Made by a program: the position numbers and the translations under genes. This document shows, in pieces, positions 1-12,002 of a stretch of DNA of 64,000 nucleotides. The notes beneath the pieces were generated by a model that made no database searches, was not told the DNA's origin, and worked only from the letters and a program-made list of their open reading frames with translations. Every line of letters begins with the position of its first letter. Position 1 is the stretch's first letter. Origin of the DNA: the human T2T-CHM13v2.0 reference genome, Homo sapiens; the NCBI RefSeq assembly GCF_009914755.1, contig NC_060932.1. One strand, given 5' to 3'.

Positions 1-759
1 TTAGCCATCCCACTGTAATGCTGCACTAAGCCTTGAGAACAAAGAGAATCACGCAACTGGGAAACCAAGGCTTTGTGATTTTCAGCCAAGCCAAACATGG
101 TCACTCTGTCAGGAAAGCCTTGGACTCATCCCTGACTGACTGGCTGTTTCAGTGAGTTCTTTCTTGGCTTAAAAAAAAGAGTGAGAAGAAGAGCAGTTGT
201 GTGGTTTGCCTGTGGGGACTTGGGCAATGGGGGTTTGTAGAGCCAAGTGGCCACCATGATAAGCGAGACTGACTTCCCTGTGCCCCGACATTTGGGAGGA
301 GGCAGCACCCCCAGCACACGCCTGAGGTTCACCAGCCCCTGGGCCTTGGCACAGATTCCTCCCTTCTTTGCCTGGAACAACTGTTTCTGTTCCCCACCCC
401 ATTGTGTCCTCCAGGATTCACCGTAGAGATCACCACTTTTGATAAGCCTAACTCTGCAGCCGGCTGAGGCCCTTCACCAAGCTCCCATGGCACTGTATTA
501 CCATCACAGGTGCTTGGAGGGCAAGGACTATGTCTCTGCCCTTGTTATTCTCCACCCCCTGGACTTGGCGCTGGAGCACAGTAACCCCACACTGAATATT
601 ATAGAGTGAATAAAGAAATGAGAGAGCAGAGACTGCAAGAGCAGCTCTCTTTGAACGAAGGGGATTTTGTTTTGCAGCGTGATTTTCATGTCTATGAATG
701 TTCTAGAATTTGAGGGACACTAACTTTTACAAGTTAAATGTGCCTAACTTTTTTTTTCT

Positions 760-1210
760 TTTAAAATATTTTATTCTGAAAAATTTCAAACATGCACAAA
801 CATGGAAGAACGGCATGTGGCCTTGCCTGCCATTCTTATTTCATCTATCACACTTGCTTCCCCACTTTTGGCAATAAAACTTTAAAGCAAATTGCAAACA
901 TACTTCGATATGCACTTACCAGTTAAGGACAATGCCATTATCACATCCAACAAAATTTAAAATAACGATCTAATTATCTAACATCTAATAGGACACAGCC
1001 TATGCTTAATTTTCTCCAATTACTTCAAAAATGTCTTTTTACACTTTGTTTCAATCTAAATGAACAAGGCTTGTACAGTATACTTGATGAATACATCTCT
1101 TAAGAATATTTTAACCCATAAAAGTTCCCCTTTTAAAAATGCCATTTACTTATTGAAGAAACTGGGGTGCCTTATGGAATTCCTCACACCCTACACGTGG
1201 CTGATGATTC
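760..1210 (-). mobile_element. Old L1 (L1MC/L1ME-like) 3' fragment
   Basis: ttttattctgaaaaatttcaaacat... resembles the antisense 3' end of old L1M elements; AT-rich and degraded. Confidence 0.45.
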
Positions 1211-1331
1211 TCAATTAACTTTTAAGAATGAAATGGGGGAGGGAGGTTGTATGAAACTGATTTACAAAAAAATCGAGCTATTTGTCCCTGAAGGCTCTTT
1301 TCCTCTTTCCCTTTGCATTCATGATCATTCC

Positions 1332-1567
1332 TTAAGTTACTGTTTTTCCTGTATCAGTAACAGTAACATGTTGGATTTGTGCCTTAGTCAGATGGATGCT
1401 TGATAAAGAAGTAAATCCAAGTGTCAGGCAAGGCTCCTGGGCTCCTGGGGTGGATTCCAAAGACAGTGGGTCGCAGGACCAGTGGTGGGTTTCATGCTCC
1501 CCTTCCTTGGGCAGTAAGGACAACAGTCGTGGACGGGAAGCTGGCTTCATGTCATGGGTGTGTGTCC
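1332..1567 (-). CDS. ADRA1A: Second reading frame of the same exon, used if the first coding exon splices directly to it (372-aa truncated 6-TM form)
   Basis: Phase-1 joining G|GG ACA CAC ACC CAT GAC gives GTHTHDMKPASRPRLLSLL...TDTGKTVT* (track ORF 1332..1580). 883+236 nt = 372 aa plus stop. I recall this tail from described truncated alpha1A variants. Confidence 0.7.
1547..1567 (-). CDS. ADRA1A: ADRA1A alternative terminal exon, alpha1A-3 type (429 aa; tail GHTPMT*)
   Basis: Acceptor ccttgtgttttaaag|GGA CAC ACA CCC ATG ACA TGA; 423+6=429 aa. Confidence 0.92.
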   Translation of the reverse strand, partial: GHTPMT

Positions 1568-2639
1568 CTTTAAAACACAAGGTAGACTAACATTTAATTA
1601 ATCATGCATTTTTAATATCCTAGGCATCATGCATCAATGTGATCACAATTTTATCCTTTTGTAGAGTAAGAATTCTTACTCCAAACCCAATGTGTCCATT
1701 TTTCCAAGTTCAGACTTCAGTAGAGCGGGTTCTCAAGTTGAGGATCCCTCTCATTTCCTCATTAGCCAGGCTGGTCACATTCTGCTCCCTGTGAGATGAT
1801 GCTTTTGGTCTTCTTTCTCCAAACACTGAAAGAACTGAATACTCTTCTTTTTAATTTGGGCCAACACCAATCCGTTCATCCTTGCAGCTGCTTCTCAAAA
1901 TCCAGAAGACTGAAATAGCCATAGACTGTGTTTATATAAAGCAGAGTTGGGCCAAGAACCTCATCCCCGAAAGTGACTTTTTTCCTCTCTTTAAAACAAG
2001 TTTGAGATTCTGAGTCACGAGAGACCATTTGGCAGGGAGATGGCAGCAAGTCCCTGCCAAATTCAGCCTCCGAGCATGGCTGACTACCCCGTCAGCCTGA
2101 GTCGTGGTGAGCTGAGCTTGCAGTGTGGACTTCCCTGTGAAGCCACCTGCCTAGAAGGCTGCTGGAGACCACTTAAAGGGTGCCCCAGAAATGTCTAGAC
2201 TCGACTGGCAGAACCTGAAATTAGAACTAAGATTGTGACCTGGAGCTTCCATGAGAGTCTGGAAGTACAGCTTCAAGTCTGTCCCTTTTGCTTCCATTTC
2301 CCCCACCCCCCACCTCTGCTCCATCAGGTTTGTAACACAAGCAGACACTCTTTCATATGCTTCAATGTAGCATGAGGTGTGGCCTTTGTATGATGTGAAA
2401 GCCAGGCTTTGGGGGTATTATGGTGATCTTCAATTTGCAGTGAAGTCAAAACGACCTCTGTTCATGATTGGGAATTTGTGGTTTTGGCTTGTAAACATTT
2501 ACTTCCAGTAGTTGCCCACGCCAAGAGGTGTTCATCCCATATTTCCTTAGATGATGTTACATCTTAGTTTTGCTTCAAATGCTGTACTGTCTTCCAGTGG
2601 TCAAAACTACTTCTCTTTCCCATAACATCATTTATATAA

Positions 2640-2677
2640 GCACACGCACGCACACACACACACACAGGCAGACACAC
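2640..2677. repeat. Imperfect (CA)n microsatellite
   Basis: gcacacgcacgcacacacacacacacaggcagacacac. Confidence 0.85.
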
Positions 2678-3254
2678 CTTTTCTATAATGACTGCATTTT
2701 ATGTAGCATCTTTCATAGGACAACTATGATAACTTAATATACTTTCTATTGCTAAGTAAGTAGCCAATGTGAGGAAGATGACAAACGCCAGCCTTGGATA
2801 CTCTTGTTCTGGGCTGTCTACAATTCAGAGAGCTTGGTGGAAATCTTCAAAGTAGTGTAGTTTGCCTGATTTTTAAAAGCTAAGACAAATTTTCCAGGTG
2901 GGGATATTTCCAACCCAAAGAAAATAGTGTGGTGTGGGGAATAACTGAGAGTTGGGATTTAGTGCCTAGCACCTTGAATGTAGGAATGACAGGACCTGAG
3001 CCGCGGTGCAGCAGGTAGTTTGTGACCTGCTTTCTAATTACAGAGAAATGAATGTCTTCAGGTGGGGATGACCAGCTCCTGGAAATGTAAACCTGAAGTG
3101 AGATAAAGAGCAAAGGAAAGTGAAGGACTTATTTTCTCTCTTCCTGCACATGGCACTTTCAGTGCTTGAAGATACTTTAAAGGTGATCTAATTTTTAGTT
3201 GTGTCTTATTCAGATGGCATTTGAGAGGGGAAATGAAGATGGGAATAGAGTGCT

Positions 3255-3460
3255 AGCATTTATAGGGGGCCTACTATGATTTTATAGCTTTATCACCTCA
3301 TAAGGCATTTCATGTACACAATTGTATCTGCTAATCCCATTTCACAGGTGAGGAAAATGGCTCAAGAGAGGTCACGTGATTTGTTCAGGGCCACTTAAAT
3401 AGGTACAGAGATGGGAACTGCAATGAAGCCCAGGCCCGTGGCTCCCAGTCCATCATCGGT
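3255..3460. mobile_element. MIR SINE
   Basis: Core cccatttcacaggtgaggaaaatggctcaagagaggtcacgtgatttgttcagggccac. Confidence 0.75.
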
Positions 3461-6151
3461 CTTCTCTCAACACCATTTTCCAGGTCCTTCCAGTGCCCTT
3501 CCTAGCATGGGCATTGGGGTGGAGTTGGGAAGGTCACGTTTAGCAAGCTAAGAGGTGAGCACAGGAGAACACCAGGAGAACACACAAGAGAGCGCAGCTC
3601 TTTCCAGTATTTCTCTTTTTCAAAACTCCCTGCAGACTTGACTTACTTGCCTCTTCTCATACCCATAATGTTGTATTTATTCTCTGGGAAAATTTTTTTT
3701 TGTAATGTGACTATGAAATCTCATACCTTACCATATCATGTGCAAAAACTTGGCATGTAGTGGATACTCTGAAAATACAATTTTTACTATTTAAACTTTA
3801 TCTTTGTAAATCATCATGGATGCATTATAGGCAGCAAAATGATTTCGTTGTCAGGAATATTGGATTAAGTTTCTGTGTTAATACTGGAGAGTGAATTGCT
3901 TGTGACTTGTTATACCCAGAGATAAAAATAGTTTGTTTTCTCTCACATCTGATGAAGAAAGCATGTGTTTTTGATTCAGCTTTAAATACTGAGGCAGAAT
4001 TTCTGTTGCACAAATGTCAGCTCTCACTTGTTGAAGTTTAGGTATCAGGGTTGCATATGTTATTCAGAAGAGGAAGACGGGGCCAGATAAGCTGCTGGGA
4101 ATGGAGATGAAAGCAAGCAAGGGACCTCAGTTTTTATTCAATTACTTCCCAATAAAAGTATGACTCTTTTTTTTTAAAGTATGTAGAAAACTAGCAATGG
4201 ATTGTTATTTAAATATTTGTAATGCTTGCTTTGATCTTCAAAATACTTCACAGAAGTACTTTTTAATAGCCTTCCTACTTGTCGGATTGAATTTGGGCAT
4301 CCTTATTTGTAGATTCAAGCTGTCATTCAGCACCACATTCATCAAGGTCTCCTCCTTCTCTGCTCTTTACAACCACTGTCACCTCTGTTATGACTCCAGG
4401 ACTGACTCGGGGAGGCACTGTGGGGCACGAAGTACTCTGCCCGATGCTCAGCTTTTGATTAATGGGCCACAGCCCTCCCATCCCTTGAGACTTCAGTTAG
4501 CCGAACTCTTTTCCTTAAGAAAGATAAGGCTGCATTTAGCAACAGGGATGAAGACAAGGGAGGAGAAGAAACGCAATTTTTAAAGATAAATCAATAAGCC
4601 ATTGCTACACTTATTCGAACTTGGTTTTGGATGGCTTTTGGGCTTGAAAAGACAGAATACTTTTGTAGGCTTTGCCTTTTGATGTGATTTTCCCCCTGTC
4701 ATTTCTAGATTGGACTGAAGCTGGTGCATCACGTGACTCTAGATAGCAAGGGTGTTCTGATGTGATTGATATTGTGGAACCAGATATACTTGCAACCTGA
4801 GAGTCCCCAGGGAGGAAGGAGGTGGATAGGAGGCCACAGCGGCATGGTGTCTTGCCCAGAAAACACAACAGTAGGTACTATGCAGTTAGAACAGTCCTGA
4901 TTCTTCCAAATGAGGATAAATGCTCCTCGCTTCTCAGCAGGAACCAGGACAGAAGAGAATATATCACTCTGTGTCTGTCAGGGAACACTGTGAGGCAATA
5001 CAAGGGTCTTGGGTTGGGTGATTAAGTGGAAATGGCATGGGATTTTTCAAGAGGCACAAGGTGTGCAGGCCAGGATGCCCTGAGACCAGGCAGAGTGGGT
5101 GGCAGGGCAGCAGGACCGTCTCATTGTGCTCATGAAGGCTTAGGCTTTAAGAGTGGGAGGTGGTCTTCAGAAGGTCGAACTTAAGAGAGCTTTTAGCAGG
5201 GCCTGGCTGTCTACATCCTCATATCAAATCCAAACAGTGCAGCTTCCTTTCCTCTTTTCTGTCTTTCTTAGACTATGAGAAGAGTAGAGGAAAACTACAT
5301 GAGGCTCCTTGGCACCCATTTTTCAAGCCAGTCATGATACAGGGCAGACAGCACTGACATACCCTTAACCCACCTATCACTGGCACGGGTGCCCCAGGGT
5401 GATCACAGGGCTCTCATGTGGTCCTCAATGCCCCAGTTCCCAAGATTGGGCTCTGCTGTTGGTTCTTATCCCATCTTGTTCTGCCTCACCCTCCTCTCGG
5501 AGTCTAGGGTCTGTCCTATTTAATGATGGGGCTCTGCTTCCTCAGGTGCAAATGTCTCTGGGTAAGCATATGCCCACCTGACTCGAGATGGCTGTGATTC
5601 CCCACTGCTGACCTGGGGTTCCCCACTGCTGTGCTCTGCACCCCTAACTGGGATCTTACTGTCCCTTAGAATCCTCAGGGTCATCAACTTGAGCCTTTCT
5701 GGGTGGATCTTCTGATGTTTCCAGGTCCCTGGGGACTGGCCTCCCAGCTGCTATCTGTAACTAGTGGTTGGATCTTATTACTTGTTCTGCTGTGCACCCC
5801 TCTCTCCATGCCTGCTTAGGGGCTGGAGTACTGTCATGGGCATGCTAAGTGACAGACCATTGCTGCCATCCAGGAGTTCTCCTCTAGTTGAGAAGACAGA
5901 ACTTATATAAGTACAGTATATACAAGGTACCCTTTAAAATACTTTAAATAGATATAAACTTTAAAAAACAACAGAAAAATTACAACAGAGTACAGAATTA
6001 GTTGCCAAATACATTCTACAGACAATTGCTGTAAGAACTTGGAGAGAAATTGGGATGATCAGAAATGGCTGAATTTAAACTTCTAATCTGGGAAAAGAAT
6101 TATGGATAACATTTTGTATGGGCAGAAATGAGAGAGTGAGGAGGGAGTCCT

Positions 6152-6515
6152 TGTGGGCTCAAATGAGTCTCCTACAGATTCCTATGTTGAAGTCCCCAGG
6201 ACCTCAGAATGTGACTGTATTCGGCGATAGTGCCTTTTAAGGCATGGTGTGGTTAAATAAGGTGATGAGGGTGGACCCAAATCCAATAAAACCGGTGTCC
6301 TTATAAGAAGAAGAAATTGGGACAGAGAAATGCAGAGGAAAGACCAAGTGAAGACACAGGGAGAAGATATCTATCTACAAGTCAAGGAGAGATACCTCAC
6401 AGGAAACAACCAGCCAACGCCTTAATCTTGGATTTTCCAACCTCCAGAACGGTGAGGCAATGCATTTCTCTTTTTGAAGCCACCCCATTTGTTATGATTG
6501 GCTAGGACACTAATA
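6152..6515 (+). mobile_element. MLT1 (MLT1A/B-like) ERVL-MaLR solo LTR
   Basis: Diagnostic acctcagaatgtgactgtattcgg...ggtgtccttataagaagaag...cttggattttccaacctccagaacggtgag. Confidence 0.88.
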
Positions 6516-7824
6516 TGGCAGGGCTACAAATGCATGGAGCTGTGCTGTATCTGCAAATGCAGGAGCATACTCGTTGGGAGAAGATCCTTTACTTAAAGCA
6601 GAAAAGTTCCTGGAACAAGAATATGATAAGTTGGCAGAAGGACTCTGTGAACAAGTTCCAGTAGCAGATGGGCTGCTGGGGACAGGGACGAAGAGCAGAG
6701 AGCCAGAAGAGAAAGAACACCCTTTGCCTGGTTGACAGTTTTGCTTAGGGTATACATTCCGATGGGTTAAGCATTGCTCAATGCTAACATAAAACCAGGT
6801 TTACTTTATGGGATTAATCAAGGCCTTGAAGACCCTCAGGCACTCCTAAGGGGGAAAGTCAAAAAGAAAGGAACAATAAAGGAAAGAGACAGAAGATGCA
6901 GAAGAAGAGAAAGAGAAGGTTACTTTGCTGGGCTCAGTAGAGACTTTCGAACCATCAGAGAGTGGTAAGAGGTGCACACCAGGGAGGCTCATAGAAATAC
7001 TGCAGCCACCCACTCTGACCACCAGCTCTTTTCCAAAATGTGGCTGCACGTTGTTTGTACCTTTCACTTGGAAGTAATTGTGTAAGAACAGGAAGGCAGC
7101 ACTGCAAGCAGAGGGTAAAAGTCATTGGGGGCCTTCAGAATGTCCTCATCCTCCTGGCACTGTCTCCTGCCCTGGGCTCTCTGGAAGCTGTGGGCCTGGA
7201 GCTCACAGAATCAGGCTGACCTGGGAAGAGGATGGAGTTGCTGAGAGCAGCCCCATCTCATCACTCAGAGCTATGCATGGAGCATGGATTCCATGGGAAA
7301 TGGCACCCTCTGGAGCAAGGGCACCCACCCCAGCTTCTTTCACTGTTTGTAAGTTTAGCAAGAAGGGGAGAGTGGAATAATGGAGAGGATGGGATCAAGA
7401 AAGGAGATGGGAAAGATGAAAGGGCACAGGACCAAGACCAAACAGGGGACGAAGAAGGGAAGGGAGGGAAAGCTGCCATGAAGCATCAGCCAAAGGTCAC
7501 AGATTACTTAATGGCCTCAGTATTTCCAGGTTCTTCCATATCAGTTCTGCACCCACCACCATCCACGCCCCATCTCAGAGCTCTGCTGTGGAGCCTCCTC
7601 TCTCAACACTGTGAACACCGTGCCCTCGGCTGCAGGAACTGCACCTTATTTCTGATTGGGAGAGTCTTTCTCTTCCTCGTTGCCCATCAGGACTGGAGAG
7701 AGGAAGGAACAAGAGGTCCCTCCAACAAGTGTGTCAGCTCAGGGAAACATGAATCTGGTATTCTTAGGGGAGGGCTAAATATGCTTCCCCATAGTAGTAT
7801 CATTTCTATTCCAGTTAGTCAAAG

Positions 7825-7900
7825 GAAAAGGAAAAATAAGAAAAGAAGGAAGAAGTAGAGGAGGAGGAGGAGGAGGAAGAAGAGAAAAAGGAGGAGAGAA
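7825..7900. repeat. Purine-rich (GAG)n/GA low-complexity tract
   Basis: aagaaggaagaagtagaggaggaggaggaggaggaagaagagaaaaaggaggagag. Confidence 0.85.
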
Positions 7901-8519
7901 ATTCTGCATCCTATCTGTCATTTGGAAATGCCCCTCATACCCAGCATGCTTTCTGAACCCCATGGCTCTCCTTGGTGAGCTCCAGGCAGGCCCTCAAATG
8001 CCCTGGTGTGGGGTGCCATGTCCAGGAGGCCTTCCCAAGGAGCCAAGTGTGGCCCTGAAATTCTCTTGGGGTCCTCTGGGGACTTCCACTTGGGCAGGTC
8101 CCAAGGGTCTGGGAGAAATTTCAGGTTGGCCTTGGTCAGGAGGTGTGTATTTATTGTTGCTACTCTTAGGGTCAGCCAGATTGTGCTGTGGGGGTTTCCC
8201 TGATGAGGTGAGGAGCTGAATGATATTGAGGCTACCTGGGCCCCAGTGGACCTTTCTGCTCTACAGATGACAGCAGTGGGGGTGGCGGATGCTCACCTCT
8301 TATCCTGATACCTGCTTGGAAGGTCACAACAATTCATGGAGTGGGGCCACTTTGAATATGGACTTGCCACTTTATCCAATGACTCATGCAGGTTGAGAAC
8401 ATGAATTTAGCCAAGTGGAGTTGTGTCAATGGCATATGAAAAAAATATTTGTATGTGGAACACCGAAACCTATTGTTTAGCATCATCTGTACTACACTGT
8501 TAGCTAGTAACGGCATAGA

Positions 8520-8742
8520 TCATGACGGCAAATTACGGCCCATGAGCTCACTCCGGCCTGCAGCCTGTTTTTTTGTTTGTTTTGTTTTGTTTGAGAGAAG
8601 AAGGGTTTTTACATTTTAGAGGGTTGTCCCCCTCCCTGCAAAAAGTCAAAACAGATAAGAATGTGTGATAGAGACTGTATGACCCCACAATGCCTAAAAT
8701 ATTTACTATCTAGTCACATACAGAAAAGGTTTGCAAACTCCT
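8520..8742 (+). mobile_element. MER58-family (MER58C-like) hAT-Charlie MITE
   Basis: ggcaaattacggccc...gcctaaaatatttactatct...cagaaaaggtttgcaaactcct, with decayed terminal inverted repeats. Confidence 0.8.
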
Positions 8743-10870
8743 AATATACATTAAATAGATTTTTATTTTTTGGTTAATCTGGGAACATCCTCCCCCTCCC
8801 CCATTTATAACAATGCCTCTTGGAAAAATGCATTCTTGACTTTGAAACAGATGAACTTGAACTCTATCCAGCTTGTAAGCTGGGGACTCTCTGTGCCTCT
8901 CTGTGTTTTTCATGCCAAGTGCAGGGCGGGGTGCAGGAGAGGTTGTTTGCTGCTGATGATGACCAGTGGGTATGCAATGACCCACAGGCTGACCGGGAAA
9001 AGAATTATTTCCCAAACTCCCTTTGGGACCTCTACGTTCCTGAGGACATTAAGGTGGCAATCACTGCCTTACATGTCAACCTGTGGAGCAAACCAAGAGC
9101 CTCCTGCCCTGCCTATTTCCTTGGCTCTGCTGCTGCCATCTAGGGAGAAACAACAGAATCACATGTGCTTGTCTGTCAGTCAATGACAGAAGCATAGACA
9201 AATTTGCCCTCGGCCCCTAGAACAGTGACATGCTGCCCAGCCATGGCAGAGATAAGGCAGGAGAGAAAGTGCCAATAGAGCTGGAATTATAGGTCAGGGA
9301 CAAATGAGTGAGATATGAACGTCAAGAGTGTCGAGAAACACAGTGGACCTGGGAAACATTGAGGTGTCATGGAAAAAGGAGTCGGAGGCTGGATTTGGGG
9401 ATATTCAAAGAAACCCTTAAATCTCCCACCTCCTCTTTTCTTTATATGCTAAAGTGTAGGTAATAATCTCTTCCTTCTCCTTCTACTGCACAGGGATGAC
9501 TTAAGATAGGCACAATTACTTTGACAAACATAAAGTGCTATATAAACGGACAGAAATATTAAACTCAAGTTGGGATTTTTCTGTCTTAGCTTTCTCTCTA
9601 CTGCGTTTGAATGCACCTACAGGATCCGGCTTTTGAAGAAGCCAGTGCCGTCATTTTTTTCTCAAAATACAGTGTACATTTGCTCTTAGATTTTCTGCCT
9701 AATTAAGTCTGTAGTTTTTATAGTTTAGTAATAATCATTTCCAGTTTATAACGTGGCTGCACTGAATATGATACAGAGAGAGAAAAAGTAAAGTAATAAC
9801 TCCTGAGCCACACGAAAAGGAAAGGCAATTATTTTGTCTTTTGAAATGAATAAGCCACAATCTTTAGGGCAGTTCCTTGCTTATCAGTTGCAGCAAGCCA
9901 TGACTCAACCATCCTGCTTTAAGCGACGTCTATGGTAAATCTTCCTGCTCCTAAACCCCTCTAACCCCAAACCCCACAACCTTCCTTTTAGGTGGGAGAA
10001 CCAGTAATCCATGTTGCAGCAGCAAAGCAGAAATGACAATTTCCTGAATAGAGCAGATAAGGCCAATTCTCAACCCCTCCTCCACATTTGGGTCTGGGGA
10101 GCGTGAATGAGCTAATGCTGATGGGAGCAGGGCTGGTGTCCTCCACTGAAATTCTAACTTGCTTTTGTCAGCCTAGCCCCACAGTGATCATCTCCACTCA
10201 TTCTGCTCCCAGGGGTTCTGGAGGGCCAGGAGGCCACAGCTGCCATTGCTTTCTGAAGATGGTTGGCACCACAGCAGCCTGGCTCAGCCCAGCTCCCCAG
10301 CACAGTCTGCAGATACGGGGCAGGTGCAAACAGTGTTCCAACTGGGCTCCACTGGAGCTGTGCGCAGGTGGTTTCATAGTTAAAAGTCCTAGTAGTGTAA
10401 AAAAATCAGAGTAACTGGTAGGCATACCTCTGATGTCTCCATATTTGCCTCCTCTGCTTTCTTTTCACTTGGTTTTTCCTTGGAGAGTTTACCTCCCATC
10501 TGCTTCAGTGCCCTTTGCTAATGAGCAGAGCTCTTTCTTTAATTAAGTCAACAAGTATTCACACACAGAGGCAGCATCTTTTTTGGCCAAAGGACCTGAG
10601 CAGACCAGCCCCAGAAGCAATTGAGAAAGTTTGTCAAGCTCTGATTAAGTAGCTGTGATCAGAGTGAAAAATTACCTGCCCAAGCAAATACTTCCTAAAA
10701 TGTTCTCACTACCAGGTCTTAACCATGAAACCTACTGGGCCAGAAGGTTGGGATATCCAGTTTTCACTTGTGAAAAGAAATTAGGAACAAGCGATGTCAC
10801 ATAATACATAGCCATAGCTTCCAGCTGACTCCTCATTTGCAGACTGCCTAGGTCTCCAGCTACCTGGAGA

Positions 10871-10969
10871 TCAGCATTCTGAACCCTTTCTCCACGGTGG
10901 CATCATAAAATTCACATGCTTGATATGCTCTCTGCAATTCTTGGTGAAATATCTACAATCCATTCCCCT
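10871..10969 (-). CDS. ADRA1A: ADRA1A alternative terminal exon, alpha1A-4 type (455 aa)
   Basis: U-rich acceptor tttttttttgtttggacag|AGG GGA ATG... translates as RGMDCRYFTKNCREHIKHVNFMMPPWRKGSEC* (32 aa; 423+32=455), matching the isoform-4 tail as I recall it. Confidence 0.93.
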   Translation of the reverse strand, partial: RGMDCRYFTKNCREHIKHVNFMMPPWRKGSEC

Positions 10970-11035
10970 CTGTCCAAACAAAAAAAAAGTTGGAATACAG
11001 GTGAGTGAGAGTGAGTTATGTCGTATTTGCTTTCA

Positions 11036-11041
11036 TTTATT
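11036..11041 (-). terminator. Candidate distal poly(A) signal for a long canonical 3' UTR
   Basis: AATAAA on minus, followed ~45-60 nt later by a U/GU-rich tract (10974-10992). Other AATAAA hexamers at 12446-12451 and ~11700-11740 are alternatives. Confidence 0.35.
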
Positions 11042-11499
11042 TTTAAAAGGGATGTACTTCCCAAAAGTGTTTCTATGAACTGTGGTTGGTCATCAATAAC
11101 TTCAATACAACACCCGATATGTGTCCTGTCAGCAACTGCATTTTACTGTTCTTGGCCAATGTGGCCCCTTCTGCATACTCTTCTATGCCCATCTTCCCCC
11201 AGCGTGCCATAGTATGTCCTCCTTGCAAGGCCTTAATCACATTCCAGGCCATTAACTCCTAAAAATGTGATGCAGTCTGATAGAAGTGCAGACACCAAAT
11301 TCTTCCACAGATGCCCTGCTCTTGGGTTTGACTGGGCTGGAGATTTGGCAGCATGTTTGCCATGGTTAATTTGGAGGCAAATCTCAAGGAAACAGAACAT
11401 TAAAAAGTTTGGATATGGCTTGGCATCCTCAGCACACCTAATCCAAATGGGAAAACGTTTACCCCCATTCTCTTGAGGAAGGGGGGCTATGGAAAATGT

Positions 11500-11690
11500 G
11501 CAGGTTGAGAATAGGGAGACCCAGGTTTAAATCATGGTTCCCCTTGGCCTTGGGCAAGTCCTTAACCTCTTACAATGATCAGATTTTTATCTGTAAAATA
11601 GGGGTAGCAGAGTTTCCAAGGAGTTTAGAGGCAATGGGTGCAAAATTCCCTGAAGATGCCTGGCACACTGTAGGACCTAACAAAAATCTT
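11500..11690. mobile_element. MIR SINE
   Basis: ccttgggcaagtccttaacctct...tttttatctgtaaaatagggg...gcctggcacactgtagg. Confidence 0.65.
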
Positions 11691-11930
11691 AAGAGAATAT
11701 TTATTTACCCAAACACTACTGTCTACCATGGAATATTTATTTTTGAATATTTTGGAGAGTGTTAGATATGCTATGTGACGACAAGCAGAAACCCTCTTGG
11801 ATAAGACATGAGAGAGGCAAAGGAAAGAAAACTGATGAGTAAAATGCTTTTCTGAAATCCTTGACATAATCTGGGGAAATTTTTGAATAATGAGATTCAG
11901 GGTCTCTCGTAATGCATGCAGTTTGAGTTG

Positions 11931-12002
11931 CAGAATAAACTCAAATTTTCCCTATCCCATAATGTCAGAATAAACTCAAACTTGCCCTATCCCATAATGT
12001 CA
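11931..12002. repeat. 35-bp tandem duplication (2 copies, 2 mismatches)
   Basis: cagaataaactcaaa(ttttc/cttgc)cctatcccataatgt at 11931-11965 and 11966-12000. Confidence 0.95.

Noticed and set aside
1-1331. Alu-derived terminal exon of the alpha1A-2 isoform
   Set aside because: No Alu is present downstream of the coding exon in this window; that exon presumably lies beyond position 1.
7232-7858. 208-aa plus-strand ORF, the longest in the track
   Set aside because: No recognisable domain, partly purine-rich low complexity, antisense to ADRA1A; most likely a chance ORF.
11931-12002. CRISPR-like repeat length (35 bp)
   Set aside because: Only two adjacent copies, no spacers, no cas genes, and eukaryotic context.
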